Shown here piece after piece: positions 1 through 10,103 of a DNA stretch of 64,000 nucleotides (position 1 is its first letter; each line of letters starts with the position of its first letter). The DNA comes from Promethearchaeota archaeon (GTDB lineage: Archaea; Asgardarchaeota; Lokiarchaeia; Sigyniarchaeales; SOKP01): the NCBI GenBank assembly GCA_011364925.1, contig RDOA01000018.1:1012-65011 (forward strand), read 5' to 3'. The notes under the pieces are model-generated. The model was not told the DNA's origin, made no database searches, and was given only the letters and a program-made list of their open reading frames with translations. The translations under genes were made by a program, and so were the position numbers.

Positions 1-2
1 GA

Positions 3-575
3 GCTCTTTTAGGTCTAAATAAGATAAGTGGTTCAATAGCACATATGAATACAGCAATAAGGAATGGTTTTGGAAAAGTTGAAAAGTGGATAGAGCTCAA
101 CTTCAAAGAAAGAATTAACGAATATAAAGAAAGAATTGAGGGATATATAAAAGCGCGTGTTGACGGTCAAGAAGGGTTAAAAACTAATGTAAACGAAGTT
201 AAGGAAAACTTAACAAAGGAAATAACCAAAAACTTAGAGGAAAGCATCGAATCTATAACAGTATCGATAAAGAAAGATTTGAACGAGACTATTAATAAGC
301 TGTATGAACTTTCAATACAAGATAAGAAGATTAAAGAAAAAATAGAGAGTTCAACCAATCAAATCTCCGAATTGTCGCAAACCGTTGAAAATCTTTCGAT
401 TGATGTGTTAAAAGGAGTCAGTGCTCTTAATCACCCCTTTGAAATCAATCTTAATACAAATTATGATAAAATCATTGCGGAACTCGAATCATTTAATAAT
501 AACACTGCTGATCTCGAGGAACTGATAGAACGACTTCAGTCAATTATCCCTGATTTTAGGAATGTCAAAAAATAA
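3..575 (+). CDS. Coiled-coil hypothetical protein, 5'-truncated by the window edge
   Basis: Frame is open from base 3 through the ATG at 45; helical K/E/I/L heptad-rich sequence; no recognisable motif. Confidence 0.6.
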   Translation, partial: ALLGLNKISGSIAHMNTAIRNGFGKVEKWIELNFKERINEYKERIEGYIKARVDGQEGLKTNVNEVKENLTKEITKNLEESIESITVSIKKDLNETINKLYELSIQDKKIKEKIESSTNQISELSQTVENLSIDVLKGVSALNHPFEINLNTNYDKIIAELESFNNNTADLEELIERLQSIIPDFRNVKK

Positions 576-609
576 GCAAAAGTTAAAATCCTTCTTTTAA
601 AATCAACTA

Positions 610-894
610 TTAAAACTGAAGCGCTGGCACTTTTGATATTTGTAATTTATATTTTGGGATGTTAGTGTTTAGACGCTTTAAGTGATTATTTTTAGCCACA
701 GTACTTAATATTCTTCCTATTCTATCGACTTTTATGTCGATTCCATAGTTATCTTTGAGAACTGAGTTGATTTTATAGGAAGACAAAATTACGACATCAG
801 AAATGTTTCGTTCAGCTAACATTTCGATACCTTGCTTAACAAGGTTTATCAAGGTTTCTTTATCTTGTTTTTCTGGTTGATTCTCCATTTGCAT
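610..894 (-). CDS. Small hypothetical protein, possibly winged-helix
   Basis: 94-aa ORF; helix-turn-helix-like segment (SSYKINSVLKDNYGIDIKVDRIGRILSTVAK) followed by a beta-hairpin-like tail. Confidence 0.5.
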   Translation of the reverse strand: MQMENQPEKQDKETLINLVKQGIEMLAERNISDVVILSSYKINSVLKDNYGIDIKVDRIGRILSTVAKNNHLKRLNTNIPKYKLQISKVPALQF

Positions 895-1041
895 TATTAT
901 ATTATCATTGAGTCCTTTTAAATTTTAACGCATTAAATTAGTAAAATCTAGAAGAGATTGAGAATAAAAAACTATATTTTTTTCAAATTATATACGATAA
1001 TTAATAATTTTTTTTTTTACCAAAACATTTGGTAAAAATAC

Positions 1042-3363
1042 ATGAAAATGAAAGCGAAAAAAAATATAGCTAATGTGAAAAAATCTCTCCGGAATGGCAT
1101 CCGAAGAATCTTCGTGCGCGATTTATATGTGGAGGGGCAAGAACCTTCAAAGTCGTATTTTGGAGAGAAAAAGTTCTATTTACTCTATGCTATATTTTTA
1201 GCCTATTCCTTTATAATTTTAATAGGGATTAATTATCCAGGCGATTATCTTACTGTGCTTACGTTTGGGAATCCTTTTGTTTTTGGAAACGCATTGATAG
1301 GCTTCTTTCTAGTTTTATCTATACTCTATAGCAATGATAGTATCAGAAAGTTCATTTTTGAAAAACACTCCTTATTAAAACAAAGTATAATATATGTGCT
1401 TATAATTGCAGGATTTTACTTTCTCTTCTCGTTTGTTGCTAATGCTAATACTAATTTGATTAGTTATCTTTTAGGCTTGTCAACAATCTGGCTTATTTTA
1501 TTGAGTGTTCGATTTTTTATGTATGCTAGAAAGTTTGCTACAAAAATGGAAGCAAGATTTATAACTAAATATTCGACTATACGTCGATTTTTTGCTTTTA
1601 TTGTTCCTTATTTTATTTTAGCAGTGTTAGTTATAATAGCACTGTTTTATAGAAGTTTGTTAGTGTATATATCGTTAGATTTTCTTGCGCCTTACGCACC
1701 AAGTGAAGCTGTCGGGGTTTACGTTTTAGAAATGCGGTTGATTATGCCGTTAATCTATTTTAGCTTAATCTTGACATTACTATTCATAATTTTTGAATTC
1801 GTATTTACTCGAAGAAGAGCTGAAACTAAACGGGCGGGATTATTTGACAATTACACGTTTTCGTTAATTGTATTGTTCATTTTTTTCTTTCAAGTATTTC
1901 AATTATCCTTATTTTTGGTTTTAAATCCAGCTACCGTCACAGCCTTGAAAGCTACGGTGGGAGCACGCAGTACGACGGTTTGGTTCATTTTTATCTTTGA
2001 ATTTGCCGTTTCGATGTGGTTCTTATATCGCATTATTAAAAAACTAGGGCGCTCTTTGGAATGGAGATTTCTCATTTTTAAAAGAGATGGGCTTATTTTG
2101 TTGATATTAGGCTGTGAATTGGCTCAAACGCTCACTCGTTTTGCATTACAATCACAGGTTCCAAACCAAGAAATAACGACAGTAGGACAATTCTTTATGG
2201 CAGACAAGTATGTCGTGTCTATAATAATGATTATCTTTCTTGGGAGCACCTTATTATTCTATTATTTAAAACCGCATGAAACATCCATGTTCATTCGTTT
2301 ACAGAAAGAGACTGTCAATCAAGAAGAAAAGAGCATGGATATTGTCTACAAGCTAATACGCAGCGAATATATACGGAGAGGTGAAGCGTATCCTCTTGAG
2401 ATTTTGGATCGAGAGTTAATTCGGGCAACAAGGCTTTCGAAACGTAATGTATACTTCCTGGTAGAGGACTTGGCGAACATTGATATGAATATCATTCTTA
2501 CAGATAGAAGGGATCAAGATGGAAGGTTACAAAAATACATCGACTTCTCTTCAGTTCTAGAAAAATTTGATAAAAAAGCTGTGGCTCAGAAAAAAGCGAA
2601 AAAATATCTTTCTGATAGACTTTACACTACGATGACTTCGAAAAAACCAAAAAAACTTGATTTACGCGTCAGTTCAGACGAAACTAAAGCTTCAAGTCAA
2701 TTCTTGACATCTCTTGCAACGGATTATACTAGAAAACAGAAGGATGAATTGTCTTTGGAGCAGAAACAAAAAGATCTTTCTGTTCCATTCATTCAAAAAC
2801 AAGTTCCATCTTCCTTAAAAATTTTGATTTTAGAAATACTAAAAAAGGAATTTACATACCGAATAGAAAATCAAGAAAAATACCCTGATTACAATTATCC
2901 TATTTCAGAAATAGCTTCCCAAATTCAACTGGAGACAAGAATAACGCCGGGTCAACTCTACCAAATATTAGAGAATATTAGTGGAAGCGATATAGAATTA
3001 AATTTAATAGGAAATCCCGAGGAACCCGAAGATAAAAAAGTAGATTTCTTCCCAATTGCAGATGATGATTTGAGTTATGCCTTTGCTAATTTTCGACCAG
3101 AAGTGTACAAAAAAATTCGAGTTAAAGTTTTAAAGAATTTTCTTAAGTTTTTGGGACATAAGAAAGCCAAAGGAGTATTTTCTAAAATCAGAAAGGAGAT
3201 AGGAAACGAAACTGAAGAACAAAAGGCGTGGAACACCTTTTTTAAAGATCTCAACAATTACTATCCCATTTTCACTGAGGAAGTTGAAAAAGTGCAATCG
3301 AGTGTGGGACTCCTGAAGATTGTTAATGAATTTCCTAAAAAGGACATTGATATTTATCTTTAA
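1042..3363 (+). CDS. Polytopic membrane protein with soluble C-terminal region carrying two wHTH-like repeats
   Basis: About 11 hydrophobic segments in aa 45-410; two similar segments (YPLEILDRELIRATRLSKRNVYFLVEDL / YPISEIASQIQLETRITPGQLYQILENI). Confidence 0.7.
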   Translation: MKMKAKKNIANVKKSLRNGIRRIFVRDLYVEGQEPSKSYFGEKKFYLLYAIFLAYSFIILIGINYPGDYLTVLTFGNPFVFGNALIGFFLVLSILYSNDSIRKFIFEKHSLLKQSIIYVLIIAGFYFLFSFVANANTNLISYLLGLSTIWLILLSVRFFMYARKFATKMEARFITKYSTIRRFFAFIVPYFILAVLVIIALFYRSLLVYISLDFLAPYAPSEAVGVYVLEMRLIMPLIYFSLILTLLFIIFEFVFTRRRAETKRAGLFDNYTFSLIVLFIFFFQVFQLSLFLVLNPATVTALKATVGARSTTVWFIFIFEFAVSMWFLYRIIKKLGRSLEWRFLIFKRDGLILLILGCELAQTLTRFALQSQVPNQEITTVGQFFMADKYVVSIIMIIFLGSTLLFYYLKPHETSMFIRLQKETVNQEEKSMDIVYKLIRSEYIRRGEAYPLEILDRELIRATRLSKRNVYFLVEDLANIDMNIILTDRRDQDGRLQKYIDFSSVLEKFDKKAVAQKKAKKYLSDRLYTTMTSKKPKKLDLRVSSDETKASSQFLTSLATDYTRKQKDELSLEQKQKDLSVPFIQKQVPSSLKILILEILKKEFTYRIENQEKYPDYNYPISEIASQIQLETRITPGQLYQILENISGSDIELNLIGNPEEPEDKKVDFFPIADDDLSYAFANFRPEVYKKIRVKVLKNFLKFLGHKKAKGVFSKIRKEIGNETEEQKAWNTFFKDLNNYYPIFTEEVEKVQSSVGLLKIVNEFPKKDIDIYL

Positions 3364-3372
3364 CTCAATACT

Positions 3373-4674
3373 ATGGCGTTTATTAATAGGAAATACTCAC
3401 GCAGAAGGACTTTTATAGGTTTATCTTCGTTCCAGTTACTCGCGATGTTTAGACGAGGTATGTTTTACACATATTTATCCCAATATATGATTGGATTCTT
3501 AGGTTTACCGGTGACTATAGCAACCTTATATGCGACTCTTCCGATGTTTATTAGCGTCGTATTTCAAAATTTTGTATGGGGTCCTATTAGCGATAAAACC
3601 CAAAGAAGAAGAACATTGATCATTTTAGGCGAAGTTTTAGCTGGAATTGGAACCTTAATAGTCTGGTTTATTCACTCAATATTTGTAGATCTATTTTTAG
3701 CTGGAATTACGATTATTATTGGTTTAACTTTCATTGAAGCATTTTGGTCAATGTCTAATATCAGTTGGAGCGCTCTAATTAGCGATATTTACCCATCTAA
3801 AGATAGAAGTAAAATTATGGGACAATTAACTAGCGTAGGAGGTTTTGGAAGAATGATAGGGATCTCAATAGGATCCCTGCTTTTCATTAACGGATACGGC
3901 TTCCGCTATGGTCCGCTATTCTTTGTTGCAGCACTGGTTATGTTTATATCTTCTATTCCTATGCTTCTAACCCCAGAAGGAGGCGTTAATTCAGAAATAG
4001 AACCAGAAAGCGAGAATGTTCATAAAAACAATAAAGCTAATACACCACGAAAACTTAATTTTAAATTCATTTTTGTGGTTTTTATCATATCATTAGCATT
4101 TATTAATTTTGGGCGCAATTCAATTGCCACAACTTATAGCCCTTATTTATATTTACCAGATGGATTCGCTGTCAATGACTTTTTGATGGGTTTTATTGCT
4201 AATACCCGCTCATTAGCAACATTGATTATTGGTTTTTTAGCTGGTACTTTAAGTAAAAAATTTGGACATTCTCGAGCTTTAATCTTCGGAGCGAGTTTAG
4301 CTATTATTGCTTTGGTTATAACAGGAACAACAAATAACTTAGTATTAATTTTTATTGGAAGTTTTTTTATAGGAACAGCAGAAGTTATAATCTTAGCCTC
4401 ATCTTATGTGATTGCTTCAAATTTGATACCCTATAAAGTTAGAGCAAGATTATTTGGAGCTTATAATGCAACATTTTTCCTTTCATGGGGTTTAGCAGGT
4501 ACAATCATCTCTGGTCCCATAATAGATTTCCTACTCAATACTGGGTTTAACGATGTAATCTCTTTTCGAGTCGCCTTCATCGTAGGAGCTTTGATAACTG
4601 GAATTGGATTAGTTATCTTTGTGATTTTAGAAATTTGGCTTAAACCTAGAAACACAAAAACCTACAAAAATTAA
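3373..4674 (+). CDS. MFS transporter
   Basis: About 12 TM segments; motif A-like GPISDKTQRRR and GTLSKKFGHSR. Confidence 0.9.
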   Translation: MAFINRKYSRRRTFIGLSSFQLLAMFRRGMFYTYLSQYMIGFLGLPVTIATLYATLPMFISVVFQNFVWGPISDKTQRRRTLIILGEVLAGIGTLIVWFIHSIFVDLFLAGITIIIGLTFIEAFWSMSNISWSALISDIYPSKDRSKIMGQLTSVGGFGRMIGISIGSLLFINGYGFRYGPLFFVAALVMFISSIPMLLTPEGGVNSEIEPESENVHKNNKANTPRKLNFKFIFVVFIISLAFINFGRNSIATTYSPYLYLPDGFAVNDFLMGFIANTRSLATLIIGFLAGTLSKKFGHSRALIFGASLAIIALVITGTTNNLVLIFIGSFFIGTAEVIILASSYVIASNLIPYKVRARLFGAYNATFFLSWGLAGTIISGPIIDFLLNTGFNDVISFRVAFIVGALITGIGLVIFVILEIWLKPRNTKTYKN

Positions 4675-4712
4675 AAAAATAGAAAAAAAATATTAATTTA
4701 AATAGACTTATA

Positions 4713-7700
4713 TTACTCTATTATTTTCATATTTTTACCATGGTGTTGAGGGATTGGCTGAGTTCCGCATGATGATCCCATCCAGCAGACTAATTGGTCA
4801 TCCTCTTCATGCATCGGTTTACCACAATGTTGAGGTAAATCTTGCTCTAAACCACATTCCACACACTTTAATTTTGCCACTTTTTCTTCAACCTCTATTT
4901 TATTAATATTAACATTTAATTCCTTACTTTCGACATATTTATCTGGATCGTTCTTGAATTCCACTAAACATGAATTATTGCAGAAATAATATTTCTTTCC
5001 TTCATACTCATACTCAATCCAATCTTCTGGTTTTCCTTTCATTCCACATACTGGATCAGTTACTAATTGTTCTTCAGAAACACCTTTATGCATTAATTTT
5101 GGATCAATGGCATCAAACGATTTGTATTTTTCAGGATTTCGTTTAAATTCCGCTTCACAATTTGTACTACAGAAATAATAACTTTCCCCTTTGTATTTAT
5201 ATTCAATAGCTTTACTAGGAATAACTTCCATTCCACATATAGGGTCTGTTGCTTTTTCTTCGAGCAATAATTTCTCCTCTCTCACCTGTTGCTCAGTCTT
5301 TGGTTCATATCTTTTCAGAAGTAATGCATTAGTGACAACTGAAACGGAACTTGAAGCCATAAATACAGCAGCTAAATAAGGAGGTAAAAATTGTCCTGTA
5401 ATTACAAATAATACACCCGCAGCAAGTGGAATACCTATTAGATTATATATTAATGCCCAAAATAGATTTGTTACCATTTTCTTATATGTTTTTCTGGATA
5501 ATTTAATCGCTGAAACGACATTTCGTAGATCTCCTCTCATCAAAACGATATCCGCGGTTTCAATTGCTACATCGGTACCAGAACCAACAGCTATTCCAGT
5601 ATCAGCTTGAGCTAATGCAGGTGCGTCATTAATTCCATCTCCGACCATCCCTACAACTTTATCCTCAGAAGATTCTTGGAGTTCTTTAATTGTTAAAGCT
5701 TTCTCATTAGGTAAAACCTCCGCTAAAATATGGTTCTCATCAATGTTTAATTCTTCACCAATAATTAAAGCAGTCTGCTTATTATCTCCTGTGAGCATGT
5801 AGATTTCAATACCTAATTCTCTTAAAAGCTCAAGAGCATAAGGTGCTTGATCCTTTATTCTATCAGAGATTCCTATTATTCCTCTCACTTCTTTGTCAAT
5901 TGCTACAAATACTGCAGTTCTTCCCAATCGTTGAAATTCTTCAAATTTTTCATCATATTTGGAAGTACTAATATTATTATCTTCGAATAATTTTGGACTA
6001 CCAAGTATTACTTCTCGATCGTTAATTGTAGCAATAAGACCTTTACCTGGAACAGCATCAAAACTTTCCGGTGTTGTGAGAGAGAGCCCTTTTTGATTTG
6101 CTTCTTCAATAATTGCTAATCCAAGAGGATGTTCCGAACCCATTTCAGCACTTCCTGCAAAAAGTAAGAGGTCTTTTTCGGATATTCCAGTTCCTTTTAA
6201 CTCTATTTCTGTAAAAATTCCAGACACTTTAGGTTTCCCCACTGTTAAAGTTCCCGTCTTGTCAAAAACTATTGTATTTACATCATTAATTGCTTCTAAT
6301 GAGTCACCACCCTTAATCAATAAGCCATTTTCAGCTCCCTTGCCCGTTCCTACCATTATAGCGGTTGGAATTGCCAATCCAAGAGCACAAGGACAAGAAA
6401 TTACAACTACAGAGGTAAAAACAAGTAATGCCGTTTCAATACCCCTTTGTGCGATGAAGAACCAATAGGCGAAAGCAATCGAAGCAATGAGAATAACAAT
6501 TGGAACAAAATAATTGCTTACTTTATCAGCTAATAACTGTTTTGTACCTTTTCTGGATTGTGCTTCTTTAACAAATTCAATTATTTGGAACAACATTGTA
6601 TCTTTGCCAACTTTTTCTGTTTCAATTTGTAATAGACCAGTTTGATTAACTGTCGCCCCAATCACATTACTTTCAACTTCTTTTGTGATATACTTACTCT
6701 CACCGGTGATCATTGACTCATCAATCTTTGACTTACCTTTTATAACTATTCCATCAACAGGAATTTTTTCACCTGGCCGTACAACTAAAATATCACCTTT
6801 TTCAATTTCTTCGATAGGAATTTCGATTTCTTTACCATCTTTCAGTAGTGTAGCTGTTTTAGGCTGCAATCCTATTAACTTCTTGATTGCCTCAGACGCT
6901 TGCCCCTTAGTCTTATGTTCAAGATATTTCCCCACTAAAATGAAAGAGAAAATTAGACTCATAGCTTCATAAAATACATCACCATTAATGAAGTAAGTTG
7001 TTAATAACGAGTATAGATATGCTGTGGTTGTACCTAAAACTATTAGAACATCCATATTTGCGGATTTATTTTTTAAAGATTTATATGCGCCACCCAAAAA
7101 GAATGAACCCGCCACAATGTAATTTCCCGTGGCTAATATTGATAGAATCACATTCCGTGTAAATATTGCATTTATCTGAAATGTTTCAGGAACAAGCCAA
7201 TTAATTGGAGCAATAAAGGCAGAGAATACTAATGAAATGATCAAAATTCTTAGACGATATCGCATCTCTTTCTTGTGAGCTTCTATTTCTTTATCAATAG
7301 TCCCTGCAGATTTTTCGATGTTATATCCCAGTTTCTTTATCTCAGAATATACCTTATTTTCACCAATTTCCAACTCATTAAATTCGATAAATAATTTTAA
7401 AGCTTCATAATTTCCACGAATCTCATATATACCTTTAATTTGTTTTGCATCTTCAACCAATTTTGCGAATTGTTCATTTGTGATTGATTCGGTTATCTTT
7501 AAATCAATTTTCGCTAAAGATGCTTTATAACCTAAATCCTTTATTGCTTTATTAAAATCCTGATAGTTAACCGTTTTGGAGTCATATTCCACAGTTGCTT
7601 CTTCATTCGCGAAATTTACAACTGAACTATTTACACCGTCCATATTCTTCAGTTTTGTCTCTATCTTTAATGCGCAAGATGCACATGTCATTCCACCGAG

Positions 7701-7736
7701 TTTTATTTTCATCTTTTCTTCTGTTTTTGTTTCCAT
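4713..7736 (-). CDS. copA: Cu(I)-translocating P1B-type ATPase with C-terminal YHS/TRASH and Cys/His metal domains
   Basis: GMTCASC HMA domain, [27 protein letters not shown] and MAASS motifs; two DPxCGM...YYFC repeats. Confidence 0.97.
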   Translation of the reverse strand: METKTEEKMKIKLGGMTCASCALKIETKLKNMDGVNSSVVNFANEEATVEYDSKTVNYQDFNKAIKDLGYKASLAKIDLKITESITNEQFAKLVEDAKQIKGIYEIRGNYEALKLFIEFNELEIGENKVYSEIKKLGYNIEKSAGTIDKEIEAHKKEMRYRLRILIISLVFSAFIAPINWLVPETFQINAIFTRNVILSILATGNYIVAGSFFLGGAYKSLKNKSANMDVLIVLGTTTAYLYSLLTTYFINGDVFYEAMSLIFSFILVGKYLEHKTKGQASEAIKKLIGLQPKTATLLKDGKEIEIPIEEIEKGDILVVRPGEKIPVDGIVIKGKSKIDESMITGESKYITKEVESNVIGATVNQTGLLQIETEKVGKDTMLFQIIEFVKEAQSRKGTKQLLADKVSNYFVPIVILIASIAFAYWFFIAQRGIETALLVFTSVVVISCPCALGLAIPTAIMVGTGKGAENGLLIKGGDSLEAINDVNTIVFDKTGTLTVGKPKVSGIFTEIELKGTGISEKDLLLFAGSAEMGSEHPLGLAIIEEANQKGLSLTTPESFDAVPGKGLIATINDREVILGSPKLFEDNNISTSKYDEKFEEFQRLGRTAVFVAIDKEVRGIIGISDRIKDQAPYALELLRELGIEIYMLTGDNKQTALIIGEELNIDENHILAEVLPNEKALTIKELQESSEDKVVGMVGDGINDAPALAQADTGIAVGSGTDVAIETADIVLMRGDLRNVVSAIKLSRKTYKKMVTNLFWALIYNLIGIPLAAGVLFVITGQFLPPYLAAVFMASSSVSVVTNALLLKRYEPKTEQQVREEKLLLEEKATDPICGMEVIPSKAIEYKYKGESYYFCSTNCEAEFKRNPEKYKSFDAIDPKLMHKGVSEEQLVTDPVCGMKGKPEDWIEYEYEGKKYYFCNNSCLVEFKNDPDKYVESKELNVNINKIEVEEKVAKLKCVECGLEQDLPQHCGKPMHEEDDQLVCWMGSSCGTQPIPQHHGKNMKIIE

Positions 7737-7892
7737 TTTACATCACTTTTTACTCAATTTATCACTATTGAAATTATTTGATATAGATTTTGATTATAAT
7801 TTGAAATTATATCAAGTCGTTTCTTTAATACGCTCAATAAAATTTCTTTCATGGTTTCTAATCTAAAAAGTTTTAATTATTATACTTTAATA

Positions 7893-7919
7893 TATATATT
7901 AAAAAGTATATATTTAAAT
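7893..7919. promoter_or_regulatory. Candidate operator/TATA element between copA and the PadR-TRASH regulator
   Basis: TATATAT-N6-GTATATA next to TTTAAAT; AAAGTATATATTTAAAT (7903-7919) recurs exactly at 9141-9157. Confidence 0.55.
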
Positions 7920-7988
7920 ATTATTTTTATATTCTATAGATCATTAAATTAATTAAAGTTATTTTAGAAAAAAATAGGTATTTTCATA

Positions 7989-8435
7989 ATGGTCGAAGAA
8001 GCTGAGTTAAAAATTCAAAATCTCACAAAATTTTACATGTTGGTCCTACTTAAATCAAATGATTCAGTTACTGGGTATTTTATTCTTAAAAAACTAGCAA
8101 AGGACTTAGGCAAGACTGCTAGTCCAACATATGTGTATGATTTTTTGAAAGATCTAAAATCTCAGGGTTATGTAGAGGATGTTCCTACCTCTAAAACATC
8201 AAAACGTTCACAAGGGTTTCAACTTACGCCTCAAGGGCATGAATTTGTAGATAAAATATTCAATAGATTTAACAACTTAATTGAAGTTGCAATCCAGGCA
8301 AAGTTAGAAATTTGTGCGAGTTGTGGAGTCAGTCTTTACGATAACTATTATAGCGAGAAAATAGGAAAACAAACTCTAAATTTCTGTTGTAAGCATTGTG
8401 CAAAAGCTTATAAGGAAACGCTAAATAAGGAATAA
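7989..8435 (+). CDS. PadR-family wHTH regulator with C-terminal TRASH metal-binding domain (probable copper-responsive regulator)
   Basis: PadR-like TGYFILKKL...SPTYVYDFLKDL...LTPQG; C-terminal CASCG...FCCKHC; divergent from copA. Confidence 0.85.
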   Translation: MVEEAELKIQNLTKFYMLVLLKSNDSVTGYFILKKLAKDLGKTASPTYVYDFLKDLKSQGYVEDVPTSKTSKRSQGFQLTPQGHEFVDKIFNRFNNLIEVAIQAKLEICASCGVSLYDNYYSEKIGKQTLNFCCKHCAKAYKETLNKE

Positions 8436-8463
8436 ATAGAAAAAAAGTAAATATTTACATTAT

Positions 8464-8760
8464 TTATTCTAGCATCAGTCCACATGAGGGACAATAGCTT
8501 CCCTTGCTATCAAGTATTTTTTCACCGCACTCTGGACAGAATTTAATAACGTTGTTCCCATTTTTATCATTTTCTGCTATTGAGGTTGACTTTTCGGAAA
8601 TTTCAGTTGTAAGATCTCGCTTAGTGCTTCTGTTCATTAAACTAAGAATTAAAATTACTGTTAAGATCAATGCAATTAATCCAATAATTAGAAAGAGTAT
8701 AAAATTTCCGTTCAAACCCATCATCATACCCATTTCATCATGAAATTCGTTAAAAATCAT
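8464..8760 (-). CDS. Single-TM protein with His/Met-rich N-terminus and C-terminal zinc ribbon
   Basis: FHDEMGMMMG, one TM helix, CPECG...CPSCG. Confidence 0.75.
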   Translation of the reverse strand: MIFNEFHDEMGMMMGLNGNFILFLIIGLIALILTVILILSLMNRSTKRDLTTEISEKSTSIAENDKNGNNVIKFCPECGEKILDSKGSYCPSCGLMLE

Positions 8761-8796
8761 ACAAAATCACCCTAAAAATAAAAATTGTGTAGTTGG

Positions 8797-9084
8797 TTAA
8801 TCAACTTGCCGATAATTGCCTCTTACTATTAGGTATATGATTAAACCTAATAAATTAAAAATTAAGCCGATGATTAACCAAAATTCTGAATTCTTTATAC
8901 CTCTCCTTATAGCGTCTCTATGAATATAATAAGCAATTACAACGCTTAACGCAATATAAATGATCCATCCAGAGATCATTATTAGCCATGAAAAGGGCCC
9001 AAATAAATTAAACCACCAATCCATCATATGAAAATCATCGCTTTGAAATATTGTCAATAACATATTTTTACCTCCAGTTTCCAT
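8797..9084 (-). CDS. Small membrane protein (PLDc N-terminal-like), paralogue A
   Basis: HRDAIRRG...WLIIGLIFNLLGLIIYLIVR pattern. Confidence 0.75.
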   Translation of the reverse strand: METGGKNMLLTIFQSDDFHMMDWWFNLFGPFSWLIMISGWIIYIALSVVIAYYIHRDAIRRGIKNSEFWLIIGLIFNLLGLIIYLIVRGNYRQVD

Positions 9085-9130
9085 AATTTTAGTAATAGAG
9101 AATATTAAGTTTTAATATATTACTCTTGAA

Positions 9131-9157
9131 TATATACGGGAAAGTATATATTTAAAT
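9131..9157. promoter_or_regulatory. Candidate operator/TATA element upstream of 8797-9084
   Basis: Perfect inverted repeat TATATAC-N6-GTATATA (9131-9150) abutting TTTAAAT. Confidence 0.55.
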
Positions 9158-9283
9158 GTTGTTGTTATAAAAAGAAATAGAAACTGAAACGCAATAAAAA
9201 TGAATCTAGGTGAAGAAAAACTGTATTTAGTACTCTTTGAAATGAAAAATTTAAAAAAATGTGATTTTTAAAAAAATCTCACT

Positions 9284-9529
9284 TTAATCTTTTCTTACCT
9301 GCTTATAATTATTTCTTACAATAAGATATACAATTAATCCTAAAACATTAAGTAATAAACCCAAAGTTAACCAGAATTCAGCGTTTATACCTCTCTTTAT
9401 GGCGTCTTTATGCATATAATTAGCAATCAGAACACTAATTGCTAAATATACTATACCTCCAATAAGCATAAACACCCAACCAAACAGACCAAATGCTCCA
9501 GAATAAAAAGGACATTGTAATAGACTCAT
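9284..9529 (-). CDS. Small membrane protein (PLDc N-terminal-like), paralogue B
   Basis: HKDAIKRG...WLTLGLLLNVLGLIVYLIVR, clearly similar to 8797-9084. Confidence 0.75.
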   Translation of the reverse strand: MSLLQCPFYSGAFGLFGWVFMLIGGIVYLAISVLIANYMHKDAIKRGINAEFWLTLGLLLNVLGLIVYLIVRNNYKQVRKD

Positions 9530-9644
9530 TTTATCATCTCATTTGAATATTTTTTATATGTAAATGTTGCTATGTTATTCGTAAAAATCGCTATTGATAA
9601 TTAAACCTAATCCTTATGAAAGTGAAAATAAGATTATAAAAATC

Positions 9645-10025
9645 TTATTTCTGTTTTTCACGATAGTTCTCAATAGCTTTTTTAAGCCCATCTGCCGCTA
9701 GGTTGCTACAGTGCATTTTGATTGGGGGTAAACCGTCTAAAGAGACTGCAACATCATCTCGAGTAATGTTTAAACCTTCTTCAAGTGTTTTACCTTTAGC
9801 TAATTCAGTTATCATAGAAGATGTTGCGATGGCAGCTGCACATCCGAAAGTTTGGAAAGAAATATCATCAATAATTTCTTTTCCATCCCTCTCCTTCACT
9901 TTAATATATATATACATTAAATCCCCACACACGGGATTTCCGACTTCTCCCACAGAATCAGCATCTTTCATTTCTCCCATATTTCTGGGATTTTTAAAGT
10001 GTTCCATTACTTTTTCAGAATAAAT
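9645..10025 (-). CDS. iscU: Fe-S cluster scaffold IscU/NifU-like; probable ATT start at 10025
   Basis: HFKNPRN, NPVCGD, FGCAAA, LPPIKMHCS; conserved YSEKV lies upstream of the ORF-track ATG (10007), preceded by ATT and then an in-frame TGA. Confidence 0.93.
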   Translation of the reverse strand: MYSEKVMEHFKNPRNMGEMKDADSVGEVGNPVCGDLMYIYIKVKERDGKEIIDDISFQTFGCAAAIATSSMITELAKGKTLEEGLNITRDDVAVSLDGLPPIKMHCSNLAADGLKKAIENYREKQK

Positions 10026-10103
10026 TTTGCATCAACGCTTTTACAACTGATTATTATGCTAAGAAAGGAATTTGATAAATTATATTTTACGATTTTGAGA
10101 AGT

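Noticed and set aside
10026-10045. TGA-TGC upstream of iscU as selenocysteine read-through
   Set aside because: An in-frame TAA lies three codons further upstream with no start codon in between
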